Assembly (NCBI RefSeq): GCF_003790525.1 | Contig: NZ_CP033635.1 | Direction: 5' to 3' (one strand) | Origin: Escherichia coli | GTDB taxonomy: Bacteria > Pseudomonadota > Gammaproteobacteria > Enterobacterales > Enterobacteriaceae | DNA length: 64,000 nucleotides | Shown here: one piece after another, positions 33,270-48,247 of the stretch | How positions within the stretch are numbered: the stretch's first letter is position 1 | How the letters are laid out: every line of letters begins with the position of its first letter | Made by a program: the position numbers and the translations under genes | Notes under the pieces: model-generated | What the model saw: only the letters and a program-made list of their open reading frames with translations | Told to the model about the DNA's origin: nothing | Database searches by the model: none

Positions 33270-34547
33270 ATGAATACTGTCAGTACTCATAAAAACCCCG
33301 ATTTCTGGATATTTGGTCTGTTCTTTTTTCTCTACTTTTTCATCATGGCAACCTGTTTCCCGTTTCTGCCCGTCTGGCTGTCAGACATTGTGGGGCTGAG
33401 TAAAACGGATACCGGGATTGTTTTTTCATGCCTCTCCCTGTTTGCCATCAGCTTCCAGCCGCTGCTGGGGGTCATCTCAGACCGTCTTGGCCTGAAAAAA
33501 CACCTGATGTGGATCATCAGCCTGCTGCTGGTCCTGTTTGCACCGTTCTTTCTGTACGTTTTTGCGCCGCTGCTGCGGTTCAACATCTGGGCCGGAGCAC
33601 TGAGCGGCGGGATTTTTATCGGCTTCGTTTTTTCTGCGGGAGCCGGTGCCATCGAAGCCTATATTGAACGTGTCAGCCGCAGCAGCGGATTTGAATACGG
33701 TAAGGCCCGGATGTTCGGCTGTCTGGGCTGGGCGCTGTGTGCCACCACGGCAGGGCTGCTTTTCAACGTGGATCCGTCCCTGGTATTCTGGATGGGGTCC
33801 GGCTGCGCATTGCTGCTGGTCCTTCTGGTGGCGCTGGCGCGTCCCGGAACCAGTCAGACAGCGATGGTCATGAATGCGCTGGGTGCCAACTCGCCCGTGA
33901 TTTCCGCCGGAATGGTGTTCAGTCTGTTTCGTATGCGTCAGATGTGGATGTTCGTGCTTTACATGATTGGGGTGGCCTGCGTCTATGACGTGTTTGACCA
34001 GCAGTTTGCCACGTTCTTCCGTGCATTTTTTGACACGCCGCAGGCGGGGATCCGGGCATTTGGTTTTGCCACCACGGCTGGCGAGATTTGCAATGCCATC
34101 ATCATGTTCTGCTCCCCCTGGATAATCAACCGCATTGGTGCCAAAAACACACTGCTTGTCGCGGGTCTGATTATGACCATCCGCATCACAGGGTCGGCCT
34201 TTGCCACCACGGCTACTGAAGTGGTGATCCTGAAAATGCTGCATGCCCTTGAAGTCCCATTCCTGCTGGTTGGTGCGTTCAAGTATATCACCGGCGTGTT
34301 TGATACCCGGCTGTCGGCCACCATTTATCTGATTGGCTTTCAGTTCTCCAAACAACTGGCGGCGATATTCCTCTCAACCTTTGCAGGTCACCTGTATGAC
34401 CGCATGGGGTTCCAGAACACCTATCTGGTTCTGGGCGGTATTGTCCTTGCGGTCACCGTGTTATCGGCTTTCACCCTGAGCAGTACCCGTAAAACGGCTG
34501 CCCCGTCAGCAGAAACCGCTACAGCACAGACGGAGGTTCGCTTATGA
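33270..34547 (+). CDS. rafB: Raffinose/oligosaccharide:H+ symporter RafB (LacY family, MFS)
   Basis: Track ORF from 33255 (GTG); ATG at 33270 with GAGGA RBS; 12-TM hydrophobic profile; LacY-like N-terminus (NPDFWIFGLFFFLYFFIM). Confidence 0.8.
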   Translation: MNTVSTHKNPDFWIFGLFFFLYFFIMATCFPFLPVWLSDIVGLSKTDTGIVFSCLSLFAISFQPLLGVISDRLGLKKHLMWIISLLLVLFAPFFLYVFAPLLRFNIWAGALSGGIFIGFVFSAGAGAIEAYIERVSRSSGFEYGKARMFGCLGWALCATTAGLLFNVDPSLVFWMGSGCALLLVLLVALARPGTSQTAMVMNALGANSPVISAGMVFSLFRMRQMWMFVLYMIGVACVYDVFDQQFATFFRAFFDTPQAGIRAFGFATTAGEICNAIIMFCSPWIINRIGAKNTLLVAGLIMTIRITGSAFATTATEVVILKMLHALEVPFLLVGAFKYITGVFDTRLSATIYLIGFQFSKQLAAIFLSTFAGHLYDRMGFQNTYLVLGGIVLAVTVLSAFTLSSTRKTAAPSAETATAQTEVRL

Positions 34548-35974
34548 AACAGCGTCTTGTCTCTGCACAGGTTGCACTTGATACACTCCGCGCCCGTCGT
34601 GGTGATACCTGGTACCCGGTTTTTCATCTGGCTCCACCTGCCGGATGGATGAATGATCCGAACGGGCTTATTTATTTCAGCGGTCGCTATCACGCATTCT
34701 TTCAGCACCATCCGGCAAGTGAACATCAGGGGCCGATGCACTGGGGACATGCCACCAGTCCGGACATGCTGCACTGGCAGCATGAGCCGGTTGCGCTGGC
34801 ACCCGGTGATGAATATGACCGGGATGGCTGTTTTTCCGGCAGCGCAGTGGACGACAACGGCGTGCTGTCGCTTATCTACACCGGTCATCTCTGTCTGGAG
34901 GATCGGGGGGATGACAGCATCATCCGCGAAGTCCAGTGTCTGGCAACCAGCCGTGACGGCATTCACTTTGAGAAACAGGGCTGCGTGCTGACGCCACCGG
35001 AAGGCATCATGCATTTCCGTGACCCGAAGGTCTGGCGGGAAGGGGGATACTGGTGGATGGTTATCGGCGCGCGGGATACCTCTGACACCGGTCAGGTGCT
35101 GCTGTATCGCGGCACATCCCTGCGGGACTGGCGCCAGGAACGGGTTCTAGCGCAGTCGGCAGCCGGAGAAAGCTATATGTGGGAATGTCCGGACTTTTTC
35201 CGCTGTGGCGACCATCACTGGCTGATGTTCTCCCCGCAGGGGATGACGCCCGGCGGATACCGGTTCCGCAACCGCTTTCAGAGCGGAGTTTTACCGGGTC
35301 ACTGGCAGCCGGGGGCCGCCTTTGCCCTGAGCGGGGCATTTGAAGAACTGGATCACGGTCATGATTTTTATGCCCCGCAGTCCCTGGTCGCGGAGGACGG
35401 ACGGCGCATCATCATGGCCTGGATGAATATGTGGGACTCCCCGATGCCTACAAAGCGTGAGGCCTGGGCCGGATGTCTGACCCTGCCGAGGGAACTTTTT
35501 GAACGCCATGGTCGTCTGTGTCAGCGTCCGGTTCGCGAAGCCGAATCCCTTCGCGGGACGTGCCAGCCGTTACACCCTGTAAGGCTCAGTGGCACGCAGT
35601 TGCTGGCTGAGGACGCACAGGCCGTGGAACTGGTGCTGACGTGGCATACCCTCGACAGTCAGGCAGAGCATTACGGCATCCACCTGGGAGACGGGCTCCG
35701 GCTGTATGTGGATAACCAGGCAGGACGGCTGGTGCTTTGGCGTCACTACCCGGATGAGGGGCTGGACGGTTACCGCAGTATCGCGCTGCCTGGCGCAGAA
35801 TATCTGACGCTACGGGTTTTCCTGGACCGTTCATCGGTGGAAGTGTTCGTTAACGATGGCGATGCCACCCTGTCCAGCCGTATTTACCCGCAGCCCGGAA
35901 CCCGCCGGTTGTCGCTATATGCAGCTCACGGCGAGGCTGTGCTGACGGACGGCTCACTGTGGACGCTGGCCTGA
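34544..35974 (+). CDS. rafD: GH32 sucrose/raffinose hydrolase (invertase), RafD-like
   Basis: 476-aa ORF; GH32 N-terminal WMNDPNG motif plus RDP and EC motifs; 4-bp overlap with rafB stop. Confidence 0.75.
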   Translation: MKQRLVSAQVALDTLRARRGDTWYPVFHLAPPAGWMNDPNGLIYFSGRYHAFFQHHPASEHQGPMHWGHATSPDMLHWQHEPVALAPGDEYDRDGCFSGSAVDDNGVLSLIYTGHLCLEDRGDDSIIREVQCLATSRDGIHFEKQGCVLTPPEGIMHFRDPKVWREGGYWWMVIGARDTSDTGQVLLYRGTSLRDWRQERVLAQSAAGESYMWECPDFFRCGDHHWLMFSPQGMTPGGYRFRNRFQSGVLPGHWQPGAAFALSGAFEELDHGHDFYAPQSLVAEDGRRIIMAWMNMWDSPMPTKREAWAGCLTLPRELFERHGRLCQRPVREAESLRGTCQPLHPVRLSGTQLLAEDAQAVELVLTWHTLDSQAEHYGIHLGDGLRLYVDNQAGRLVLWRHYPDEGLDGYRSIALPGAEYLTLRVFLDRSSVEVFVNDGDATLSSRIYPQPGTRRLSLYAAHGEAVLTDGSLWTLA

Positions 35975-36037
35975 AATAATTCCACTGCCGTCGGTGACGG
36001 CAGTACTTTCGGTTCACCCGTAATGAAGGAAAGCACA

Positions 36038-36553
36038 ATGGGATTACTGGGCAGGATTAAACAACTGATAAGTGAAAATGAGAAACCGGCGGAAGTCACC
36101 CGCGTGATGGCACCGCTGTCCGGTGAAATTGTCCCTCTGGACACGGTTCCGGATGCTGTGTTTGCCGGGAAAATAGTGGGGGATGGTATTGCTATCCGTC
36201 CTTCCGGCGGCGATACCTTGATGGCTCCTGTCAGCGGCACTATCGGTAAAATACTGGAGACAAACCACGCGTTTTCCATCCGCACCGACAGTGGCACTGA
36301 ACTGTTCGTGCACTTCGGTATTAACACAGTTGACCTCAGGGGAGAGGGTTTCCGGCGTATTGCCCAGGAAGGCCAGCTGATCAGCACCGGTGACCCCGTC
36401 ATCGGGTTTGACCTTGCGTTACTTCAGCAGAAAGCACAGTCCACGCTGACACCGGTGATTGTGGCGGACTCTGACCGTGTCCAGGAGATAACCCTGTTCT
36501 CCGGCCCGGTCATCGCCGGAGAAACACCGGTTTTTGATATCAGCAGCCAGTAA
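36038..36553 (+). CDS. PTS EIIA-Glc (Crr)-like protein, island-encoded paralogue
   Basis: Track ORF 36023..36553; from MGLLGRIKQL the sequence parallels Crr (GDGIAIRPSGG, HAFSIRTDSGTELFVHFGINTV with the two His positions). Confidence 0.7.
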   Translation: MGLLGRIKQLISENEKPAEVTRVMAPLSGEIVPLDTVPDAVFAGKIVGDGIAIRPSGGDTLMAPVSGTIGKILETNHAFSIRTDSGTELFVHFGINTVDLRGEGFRRIAQEGQLISTGDPVIGFDLALLQQKAQSTLTPVIVADSDRVQEITLFSGPVIAGETPVFDISSQ

Positions 36554-36558
36554 GCGCC

Positions 36559-37135
36559 ATGAGTGACAATATCGCCAGCGGGCAGCTGGTATCAGGGAAA
36601 GCCGCACATCTGGCCTGGTGCGGGCTGGTAGCCCTGCATCTGGCCCGCCGGGATGGCCGGATTGCGTCAAAAATCCAGGAAAACCTGTTTCTAAACCGCT
36701 GGCGGAGCACAGCACTGAAACAGCACCGTTTTCCCCGCACATATCAGAGCCCTGCAGAGTGAAAGCGGGGCGAAAGATATCCGCAGCAGGCTGGAGTATC
36801 TGTGGCAGGCCTGCTCTGGTGATGTGTCGGTACAGACTGACCTGTTCCGCCTGACATTCGCCCTGGAAACCATCAGGGAGCAGGGCTGGTGCTGGCGGAT
36901 ACTGAGCGACCGGAAATGGGAGGGGCGTAATGTCGTGGTTCCGAACGGGGATGCCGGCAGCTTTTATCTTTCCCGCTCACGTCTTGAGGCGGCATTTGAT
37001 TATCAGGGGAGGTTGCTGCATCCCCTGACCGGCGATGTGTCTGCCCTCGCTGCCCTGCTCCGGAATGCGGGTTGGTATCCAATTCCAGCCGGAACCACGG
37101 ATATGGCGATGTTTGAGCTGTCTGTCATCCGCTGA
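36559..37135 (+). pseudogene. Possible frameshifted gene remnant of unknown function
   Basis: Three successive overlapping + strand ORFs in three frames (36559..36762, 36618..36854, 36824..37135) in a GC-rich stretch between the crr-like gene and the fructokinase gene. Confidence 0.2.
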
Positions 37136-37164
37136 ATATGACTGATGAAAATCATGGAGTATGA

Positions 37165-38091
37165 ATGAGTACAGTAAAAGTATGGGGTCTCGGTGATGCC
37201 GTGGTGGATTTATTACCGGAGAAGCCGGGCACGCTGTTGCAGTGCCCTGGTGGTGCGCCTGCCAATGTTGCCGTGGGCGTGGCCCGACTGGGGGGCCTGA
37301 GCGGGTTTGTCGGGTGTGTGGGGGATGACCCTTTCGGGCGTTTTATGCGCAAAACCCTGGCTGATGAGGGTGTGGACACGGCGTATATGCATACCGACCC
37401 TCTGTACCGGACTTCCACAGTGGTGGTGTCGCTGGTGCCGGGTGGTGAACGAACCTTCACATTTATGGTGCGCCCTTCGGCAGACCTTTTCCTTACCCCT
37501 GATGATTTACCGCCCTTTCGTGCCGGTGAATGGCTGCATACCTGCTCCAATGCCCTGAGTGCAGAGCCCTGCCGCAGCGCCACGTTTCAGGCCATGGAGA
37601 ACATCCGGCAGGCTGGCGGCAGGGTCAGCTTTGACCCCAACATCCGGACTGACCTGTGGCAGAGCACATCGCAACTGCGTGAGTGTCTGCACCGGGCGCT
37701 CATGCTGGCGGATGTGGCAAAGGTATCGGAAGAGGAACTGTTCTTTATCAGCGGTGAACAGGATGTCCGGAAGGGAACCGATGTTCTGGCATCACATTAT
37801 CCCCTGGCACTGCTGCTGGTAACCCAAGGAAAGGATGGCGTGATGGCTCGCTGGCAGGGAAAAAACCTGTACTTCCCGGCAACACCGGTGGTGAGTGTGG
37901 ACACGACCGGTGCCGGTGACGCCTTCGTGGCAGGTCTGCTGGCAGCGCTGGCGGCAGAGGGGATGCCCTCCGGTGAGCAGGCACTCGCATCCGTCATCGA
38001 ACAGGCCCAGCGCTGTGGTGCGCTTGCCACGACAGCAAAAGGTGCCATGACAGCGTTACCCCGTCGCCAGGATTTACTGAAACACCCCTGA
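37165..38091 (+). CDS. scrK: Fructokinase (PfkB family), ScrK/CscK-like
   Basis: 308-aa ORF; PfkB signatures (GGAPANVAV; DTTGAGDAF). Confidence 0.8.
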   Translation: MSTVKVWGLGDAVVDLLPEKPGTLLQCPGGAPANVAVGVARLGGLSGFVGCVGDDPFGRFMRKTLADEGVDTAYMHTDPLYRTSTVVVSLVPGGERTFTFMVRPSADLFLTPDDLPPFRAGEWLHTCSNALSAEPCRSATFQAMENIRQAGGRVSFDPNIRTDLWQSTSQLRECLHRALMLADVAKVSEEELFFISGEQDVRKGTDVLASHYPLALLLVTQGKDGVMARWQGKNLYFPATPVVSVDTTGAGDAFVAGLLAALAAEGMPSGEQALASVIEQAQRCGALATTAKGAMTALPRRQDLLKHP

Positions 38092-38139
38092 CCGTTTCCT
38101 GCCCGTAACCGTTGTGCACGTCATTTTTGTTGCGGGTGA

Positions 38140-39687
<1,548 letters not shown>

Positions 39688-39692
39688 ACACT

Positions 39693-39718
39693 AACGCTCC
39701 CGGTGTACCGGGAGCGTT
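39693..39718 (+). terminator. Hairpin immediately after the porin gene
   Basis: aacgctcccgg-tgta-ccgggagcgtt stem-loop 6 nt after the stop; no clear T-run. Confidence 0.4.
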
Positions 39719-39923
39719 GCCGGTCATTGTCCCGTAAATGAAAGCGTTGTTCATCAATAGGAATTTAAACCCCAAAAAGATTAAAAAAACACCTGAAAAA
39801 GGGCGCTTTCTCAGCATCGTCACACATGCCATAACTTCGACGTCATCAATTAAATGGACTTCATTGATTGATACCGGGTATCGTGACGGGAGCCTGTTTA
39901 GGATTCTGTGTAAATGCCTTTTC

Positions 39924-40703
39924 TCAGAAGTGACCGTCCAGGCGGTCACCGAACTCGATAATAAAGCGGCTCATTGCCATTCGCCAGTCCTTCAACGGCA
40001 TCGTCCATTTCTGGGACGCAGACTGGATTGCCAGCCACACCACTTTTTTCACCGAGTCGTCTGTCGGGAACACTTTACGCTTTTTGATCGCATGGCGGAT
40101 CACGCTGTTTAGCGACTCGATGGCATTCGTCGTATAGATCACTTTGCGGATGTCCGTTGGATAAGCGAAGAACGTGGCAAGATTCGGCCAGTTAGCCTGC
40201 CAGCTTCGGCTTATCTGAGGATAGCGACTGTCCCAGGCCGCAGCGAACGCTTCCAGTGCCTGCTGACCTGCCTCTTCCGTGGGAGCTTGATAAATCGCTT
40301 TCAGGTCGCGAGTGACGGCCTTGTAGTCCTTCCATGACACGAAGCGCAGGCTGTTGCGCACCATATGCACGATGCATAACTGGATGCGGGCCTTCGGATA
40401 TACTGTGTTGATGGCATCCGGGAAGCCTTTCAGGCCATCCACACAGGCGATGAGGATATCGTTCAGACCGCGGTTTTTCAGTTCAGTCAGCACATTGAGC
40501 CAGAACTTCGCCCCTTCATTTTCGGCCAGCCACATACCCAGCAGTTCCTTCTGACCTTCGATATTGATGCCCAGTGCCAGGAACACCGATTTGTTGATGA
40601 CGCGACTGTCCTGCCGAACTTTCAGGACGATACAGTCAAGATAAACAATGGGGTAAACAGCATCCAGTGGTCTGTTTTGCCATTCTACAACCTGCTCCAT
40701 CAC
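39924..40703 (-). pseudogene. IS256-family (mutator-type) transposase, C-terminal ~260 aa only; N-terminus removed by the IS3-family insertion
   Basis: ORF translation shows the IS256-family DDE region (...CVDGLKGFPDAI..., ...YTTNAIESLN...); reading frame runs into the IS3-family left end at ~40717. Confidence 0.55.
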
Positions 40704-40716
40704 GGCATCGGTGACC

Positions 40717-41511
40717 TGAGCCGCCCCGGGAATCCTGGAGACTAAACTCCCTGAGAAAGAGGTAAACAGAATGACTAAAAATACTCGTTTTTCCCCCGAA
40801 GTCCGTCAGAGGGCGATTCGTATGGTTCTGGAAAGTCAGGGCGAATATGACTCACAGTGGGCGGCAATTTGTTCCATTGCCCCAAAGATTGGCTGTACAC
40901 CGGAGACTCTGCGTGTCTGGGTGCGCCAGCATGAGCGGGATACCGGAGGCGGTGATGGCGGGCTCACCACCGCTGAACGTCAGCGTCTGAAAGAGCTGGA
41001 ACGTGAAAATCGTGAACTGCGCCGCAGTAACGATATCCTTCGCCAGGCTTCCGCTTATTTTGCGAAGGTGGAGTTCGACCGCCTCTGGAAAAAGTGATGC
41101 CACTGCTGGATAAGCTGCGTAAGCTGTACGGGGTCGGACCGGTATGCAGTGAACTACATATTGCCCCGTCAACGTATTACCACTGTCAGCAACAGCGACA
41201 TCATCCTGATAAACGCAGTGCCCGTGCGCAGCGCGATGACTGGCTGAAGAAAGAGATACTGCGCGTATACGATGGGAATCATCAGGTATACGGTGTGCGT
41301 AAAGTCTGGCGTCAGTTGTTACGGGAAGGAATCAGGGTAGCCAGATGTACAGTGGCGCGCCTCATGGCGGTTATGGGACTTGCCGGTGTTCTCCGGGGTA
41401 AAAAGGTCCGCACTACCGTCAGCCGGAAAGCCGTTGCCGCAGGCGACCGCGTAAACCGTCAGTTTGTGGCAGAACGTCCTGACCAGTTGTGGGTGGCTGA
41501 TTTTACTTACG
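40717..41511 (+). mobile_element. IS3-family element (IS629/IS1203-like) 5' part: left IR, orfA and orfB N-terminal section, ending at the group II intron
   Basis: Left end tgagccgccccgggaatcctggagac; orfA 40771..41097 ([26 protein letters not shown]...), orfB from 41094 reading ...QLWVADFTY up to 41511. Confidence 0.65.
40771..41097 (+). CDS. IS3-family transposase OrfA (HTH/leucine-zipper subunit)
   Basis: 108-aa ORF; conserved IS3-family orfA; 4-bp overlap with the orfB start. Confidence 0.75.
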   Translation: MTKNTRFSPEVRQRAIRMVLESQGEYDSQWAAICSIAPKIGCTPETLRVWVRQHERDTGGGDGGLTTAERQRLKELERENRELRRSNDILRQASAYFAKVEFDRLWKK

Positions 41512-44269
<2,758 letters not shown>

Positions 44270-44497
44270 TCTTAAATGACTCTGAGGTGTCTGTTAAACC
44301 TGTGGCGATTCAGTCTATTAAACCTGTGGCGATTCACTTTATGGTGTCATAAACTTAAATCTAGCGCCGGGTAGAACAAGTTAATCGAACGATGTAGCGG
44401 CCATTTAGGCGTTACAGAAAGAACAGAATTTTAAATTTATAGTGAAGCCGTTGCAGCAACTTTGTGGGGTGCAACCAACACTGAACAGGAAAAGAAA

Positions 44498-46921
44498 ATG
44501 GATCATAGTGTACATAACAAGCTCATCTCATTTATTTGGAACATTGCCGACGACTGTTTACGTGATGTGTACGTTCGCGGTAAGTACCGCGATGTGATTT
44601 TACCTATGGTGGTATTACGACGTTTAGATACGTTACTTGAACCCACCAAAGAAGCCGTGCTTGAAGAGGTCAAGTTCCAAAAAGAAGAGATGCAAGCCAC
44701 GGAGCTTGATGATGAACCATTGAAGGCGGCTAGTGGTTATGTTTTTTACAATACATCTAAATGGACCCTGAAATCCCTGTTCAACACCGCAACGAATAAC
44801 CAACAGATATTACTCGCCAACTTTGAAGAGTACCTGCTTGGCTTTAGCGATAATGTTAAAGAAATCATTGAATGCTTTAACCTCAAGTCGCAAATTCGTC
44901 ACATGGCCTCAAAGCAAGTCCTTCTTGATGTCGTCGAAAAGTTTGTTTCCCCTTACATCAACTTAACTCATGAAACGATCGAAGACCCAGATGGCAACAA
45001 GATGCCAGCCCTTACTAACCTGGGTATGGGGTACGTGTTCGAAGAGTTGATCCGTAAGTTCAACGAGGAGAATAACGAAGAAGCCGGTGAGCACTTTACA
45101 CCTAGGGAAGTGATTGAGCTGATGACACACTTGGTTTTTGACCCAGTGAAAGAGCAGCTACCATTGACCATGACCGTTTACGACCCTGCGTGTGGTAGCG
45201 GTGGTATGCTCACTGAATCTCAAAACTTCATTGAAGAGAAATACCCGAACGACAGCCGAGATATTTACCTTTACGGCAAAGAGATCAATGACGAGACCTA
45301 CGCGATTTGTAAATCGGACATGATGATCAAAGGTAACAACCCTGAGAACATCAAGGTAGGCTCAACCTTGTCTACCGACGAGTTTGCGGCTTCTCGCTTT
45401 GACTTTATGTTGTCTAACCCGCCATACGGTAAGAGTTGGGCGTCTGAACAGAAGCATATTAAAGACGGTAGTGACGTGATTGACCCACGTTTTAAGGTTA
45501 GCCTGAAAGACTATTGGGGAAATCTCGAAGTGGTGGATGCCACGCCACGTTCAAGTGATGGCCAGCTGCTCTTTTTAATGGAAATGGTCAACAAGATGAA
45601 AGATCCGAGCGTAAGCCCATTAGGCAGCCGGATTGCTTCTGTTCATAACGGCTCATCGCTCTTTACCGGTGATGCGGGCGGTGGCGAAAGTAACATTCGT
45701 CGCTTCATCATTGAAAACGACATGCTAGATGCCATCGTTCAGTTACCAAATAACCTGTTCTACAACACCGGCATTACCACTTACATTTGGGTGTTGAACA
45801 ACAATAAACCTGAGGCACGTAAAGGTAAGGTGCAACTGATTGATGCCAGCTTGCTATACCGTAAGTTGCGTAAGAACTTAGGTAACAAAAACTGCGAATT
45901 TGCGCCTGAGCACATCACGGAAATCACCGATACTTACCTCGCGTGTGTGGACGTTGAAAGAGCACTTGATGCAAACAATGATCCTATCGGTATCGCCAGT
46001 AAGGTCTTTAGTAATGACGACTTTGGCTACTACAAAGTCACTATCGAGCGCCCAGATCGCCGCAAAGCCAAGTTTACTCAAGATGCCATAGCCCCACTGC
46101 GTTTTGATAAGCAACTTAGTGAAGTGATGGAGTACGTGTACGCAGAGCACGGCGAACGTGTTTACGAAAAAACTGGCTACGGGTCAGATCAGAAAAAGAG
46201 CTTCTTAAAATCCATCGAGAAAGACATTCTTTCTTGGTGTGAAGATAACGACATCAGTCTCAATGCTAAGGCTAAGGCCAAACTGCTTGATGTGAAACAC
46301 TGGCTGGCGCTAAAAGCATTGCTTGAAACTGCACAAACGCTGATGGCTGACATCGGTAGCATTGAATTTGATGACTTCAATAGCTTTAAAACCCAAGTTG
46401 ATAAATCGCTAAAAGCCCATGCTATTAAGCTTTCAGCACCTGAGAAAAATGCCATTCTTCACGCGGTGAGCTGGTATGACGAAACCGCCAAGAAAGTGGT
46501 TAAAAAGGTAGTTAAATTAACGGGTGATAAATTAAACGACCTGCTGGAGCGCTATGAGTGTGAAGTCGCTGACTTGCCAGATTTTGGTTATTACCCCGTT
46601 CCTTCAGCAGAAGGCGGTAAAAAAGGCGAGTATATCACTTACGAGACCAATTCAGACCTGCGAGATACAGAATCTGTTCCATTAAAGCAAAGCATTTACC
46701 AGTACTTCCTAGATGAAGTGAAGCCTCATGTCGATGAAGCATGGATAAACCTAGATACGGTAAAAATTGGCTATGAAATCAGCTTCAATAAGTATTTCTA
46801 CCGTCATAAACCGCTGCGTAGTTTAGAAGAGGTCGCAACCGACATCATCAACCTAGAACAAAAAGCCGAAGGTTTGATTGCGCAGATTCTTGGTGCGGAA
46901 GTAAAAAAGGTTCAGGGGTAA
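44498..46921 (+). CDS. hsdM: Type I restriction-modification system methyltransferase subunit HsdM (long form, ~807 aa)
   Basis: Track ORF from 44462 (TTG); ATG at 44498 with AGGAAAAG RBS; N6-adenine MTase motifs DPACGSGGML and NPPYG; ~300-aa C-terminal extension. Confidence 0.85.
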   Translation: MDHSVHNKLISFIWNIADDCLRDVYVRGKYRDVILPMVVLRRLDTLLEPTKEAVLEEVKFQKEEMQATELDDEPLKAASGYVFYNTSKWTLKSLFNTATNNQQILLANFEEYLLGFSDNVKEIIECFNLKSQIRHMASKQVLLDVVEKFVSPYINLTHETIEDPDGNKMPALTNLGMGYVFEELIRKFNEENNEEAGEHFTPREVIELMTHLVFDPVKEQLPLTMTVYDPACGSGGMLTESQNFIEEKYPNDSRDIYLYGKEINDETYAICKSDMMIKGNNPENIKVGSTLSTDEFAASRFDFMLSNPPYGKSWASEQKHIKDGSDVIDPRFKVSLKDYWGNLEVVDATPRSSDGQLLFLMEMVNKMKDPSVSPLGSRIASVHNGSSLFTGDAGGGESNIRRFIIENDMLDAIVQLPNNLFYNTGITTYIWVLNNNKPEARKGKVQLIDASLLYRKLRKNLGNKNCEFAPEHITEITDTYLACVDVERALDANNDPIGIASKVFSNDDFGYYKVTIERPDRRKAKFTQDAIAPLRFDKQLSEVMEYVYAEHGERVYEKTGYGSDQKKSFLKSIEKDILSWCEDNDISLNAKAKAKLLDVKHWLALKALLETAQTLMADIGSIEFDDFNSFKTQVDKSLKAHAIKLSAPEKNAILHAVSWYDETAKKVVKKVVKLTGDKLNDLLERYECEVADLPDFGYYPVPSAEGGKKGEYITYETNSDLRDTESVPLKQSIYQYFLDEVKPHVDEAWINLDTVKIGYEISFNKYFYRHKPLRSLEEVATDIINLEQKAEGLIAQILGAEVKKVQG

Positions 46922-46927
46922 GTCGTT

Positions 46928-48238
46928 ATGATGAAGATTTCTGAAATGCCGAAATATGACGATTATGTAGATTCTGGGGTTGAATGGTTGGGACGAGTAC
47001 CTGCTTCTTGGGAATTAACACGATTAGGCACTCGCTTTAATGAGCGTAGATCTAAAGTTTCAGACATTGACTACCCCGCACTCTCCGTAACAAAAAAAGG
47101 CGTTCTACCTCAATTAGATAATGCGGCCAAAACAAAAGATGGCGATAACAGAAAGCTAGTAAAAGAGGGTGACTTTGTTATAAATAGCCGCTCTGATCGG
47201 AAAGGTTCTAGTGGAGTATCTGACAGAGATGGATCAGTATCGCTTATAAATATAGTGCTTAAACCAAAAGGGATTCATCCAAAGTTTTCTGAGCATCTTT
47301 TGAAAAGTCATGCATTTATTGAGGAATACTATCGTGTTGGACGTGGAATTGTCGCAGATTTGTGGACTACTCGATACGATGAAATGCGGACGATTACTAT
47401 ATCTGTTCCTTCACTAGAAGAGCAAACCCGTATCGCCAACTTCCTAGACAAGAAAACCGCTCTAATCGACGAAGCGATTTCGATCAAAGAAAAGCAAATT
47501 AATCTGTTAAAAGAACATAAGCAGATCATCATCCAACAGGCGGTGACCCAAGGGCTTGATCCCAATGTGCCAATGAAAGACTCCGGTGTGGATTGGATTG
47601 GAGATATTCCAGAGCATTGGGAAGTTGTGCCTCTAAAAAGGTTGGCGGTCTTGAGCCCTTCTGTGAAAGTTTCAAATAGAAAGTCCAAAGAATTAGTTAC
47701 TTTCTTAGCGATGGAAAAGGTTTCAACAGATGGATTTATTGATCAAGATACATTAATGCCTATATGTGATGTGAGCCAAGGTTTTACGGTTTTTAACCGG
47801 GGGGATGTGATTGTTGCAAAAATTACACCTTGCTTTGAAAATGGGAAATCTGCTTGGCTTAACAATCTTCAAACTGAGTTTGGATACGGCTCAACCGAGT
47901 TTCACGTTTTAAGATGTGGTCAGAGAATTATAGGAAGTTTTCTCTACTTAATCGTTAGTTCGCCCCTTTTTCTTAATGCCGGTGAGGCTATGATGACTGG
48001 TTCAGCTGGTCAGAAGCGCGTGCCTAGTTCATTTATCCAAAACTTTCCTACCGCAATTCCCGGAGTTGCAGAGCAAGAAAAAATAGTATCAAAGGTAAAA
48101 GAGCTGTTTTCACAGATTGATGTTGTTGTGGCTTCTACGGTAAATCAAATCGAAAAGCTCAAAGAATACAAAACCACCCTGATCAACAGCGCCGTGACAG
48201 GAAAAATAAAAATCACCCCAGAAATGGTTGAGCAATAG
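46928..48238 (+). CDS. hsdS: Type I R-M specificity subunit HsdS (two target-recognition domains)
   Basis: 436-aa ORF 6 bp after hsdM; duplicated architecture with conserved central and C-terminal repeat regions. Confidence 0.8.
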   Translation: MMKISEMPKYDDYVDSGVEWLGRVPASWELTRLGTRFNERRSKVSDIDYPALSVTKKGVLPQLDNAAKTKDGDNRKLVKEGDFVINSRSDRKGSSGVSDRDGSVSLINIVLKPKGIHPKFSEHLLKSHAFIEEYYRVGRGIVADLWTTRYDEMRTITISVPSLEEQTRIANFLDKKTALIDEAISIKEKQINLLKEHKQIIIQQAVTQGLDPNVPMKDSGVDWIGDIPEHWEVVPLKRLAVLSPSVKVSNRKSKELVTFLAMEKVSTDGFIDQDTLMPICDVSQGFTVFNRGDVIVAKITPCFENGKSAWLNNLQTEFGYGSTEFHVLRCGQRIIGSFLYLIVSSPLFLNAGEAMMTGSAGQKRVPSSFIQNFPTAIPGVAEQEKIVSKVKELFSQIDVVVASTVNQIEKLKEYKTTLINSAVTGKIKITPEMVEQ

Positions 48239-48247
48239 GAAGCGAAT

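Noticed and set aside
33477-34355. 292-aa minus-strand ORF inside rafB, plus other antisense ORFs in the raf/scr cluster (31698..32177, 32367..32858, 38335..39120)
   Set aside because: GC-rich coding DNA gives long open antisense frames; the sense-strand genes have clear family signatures.
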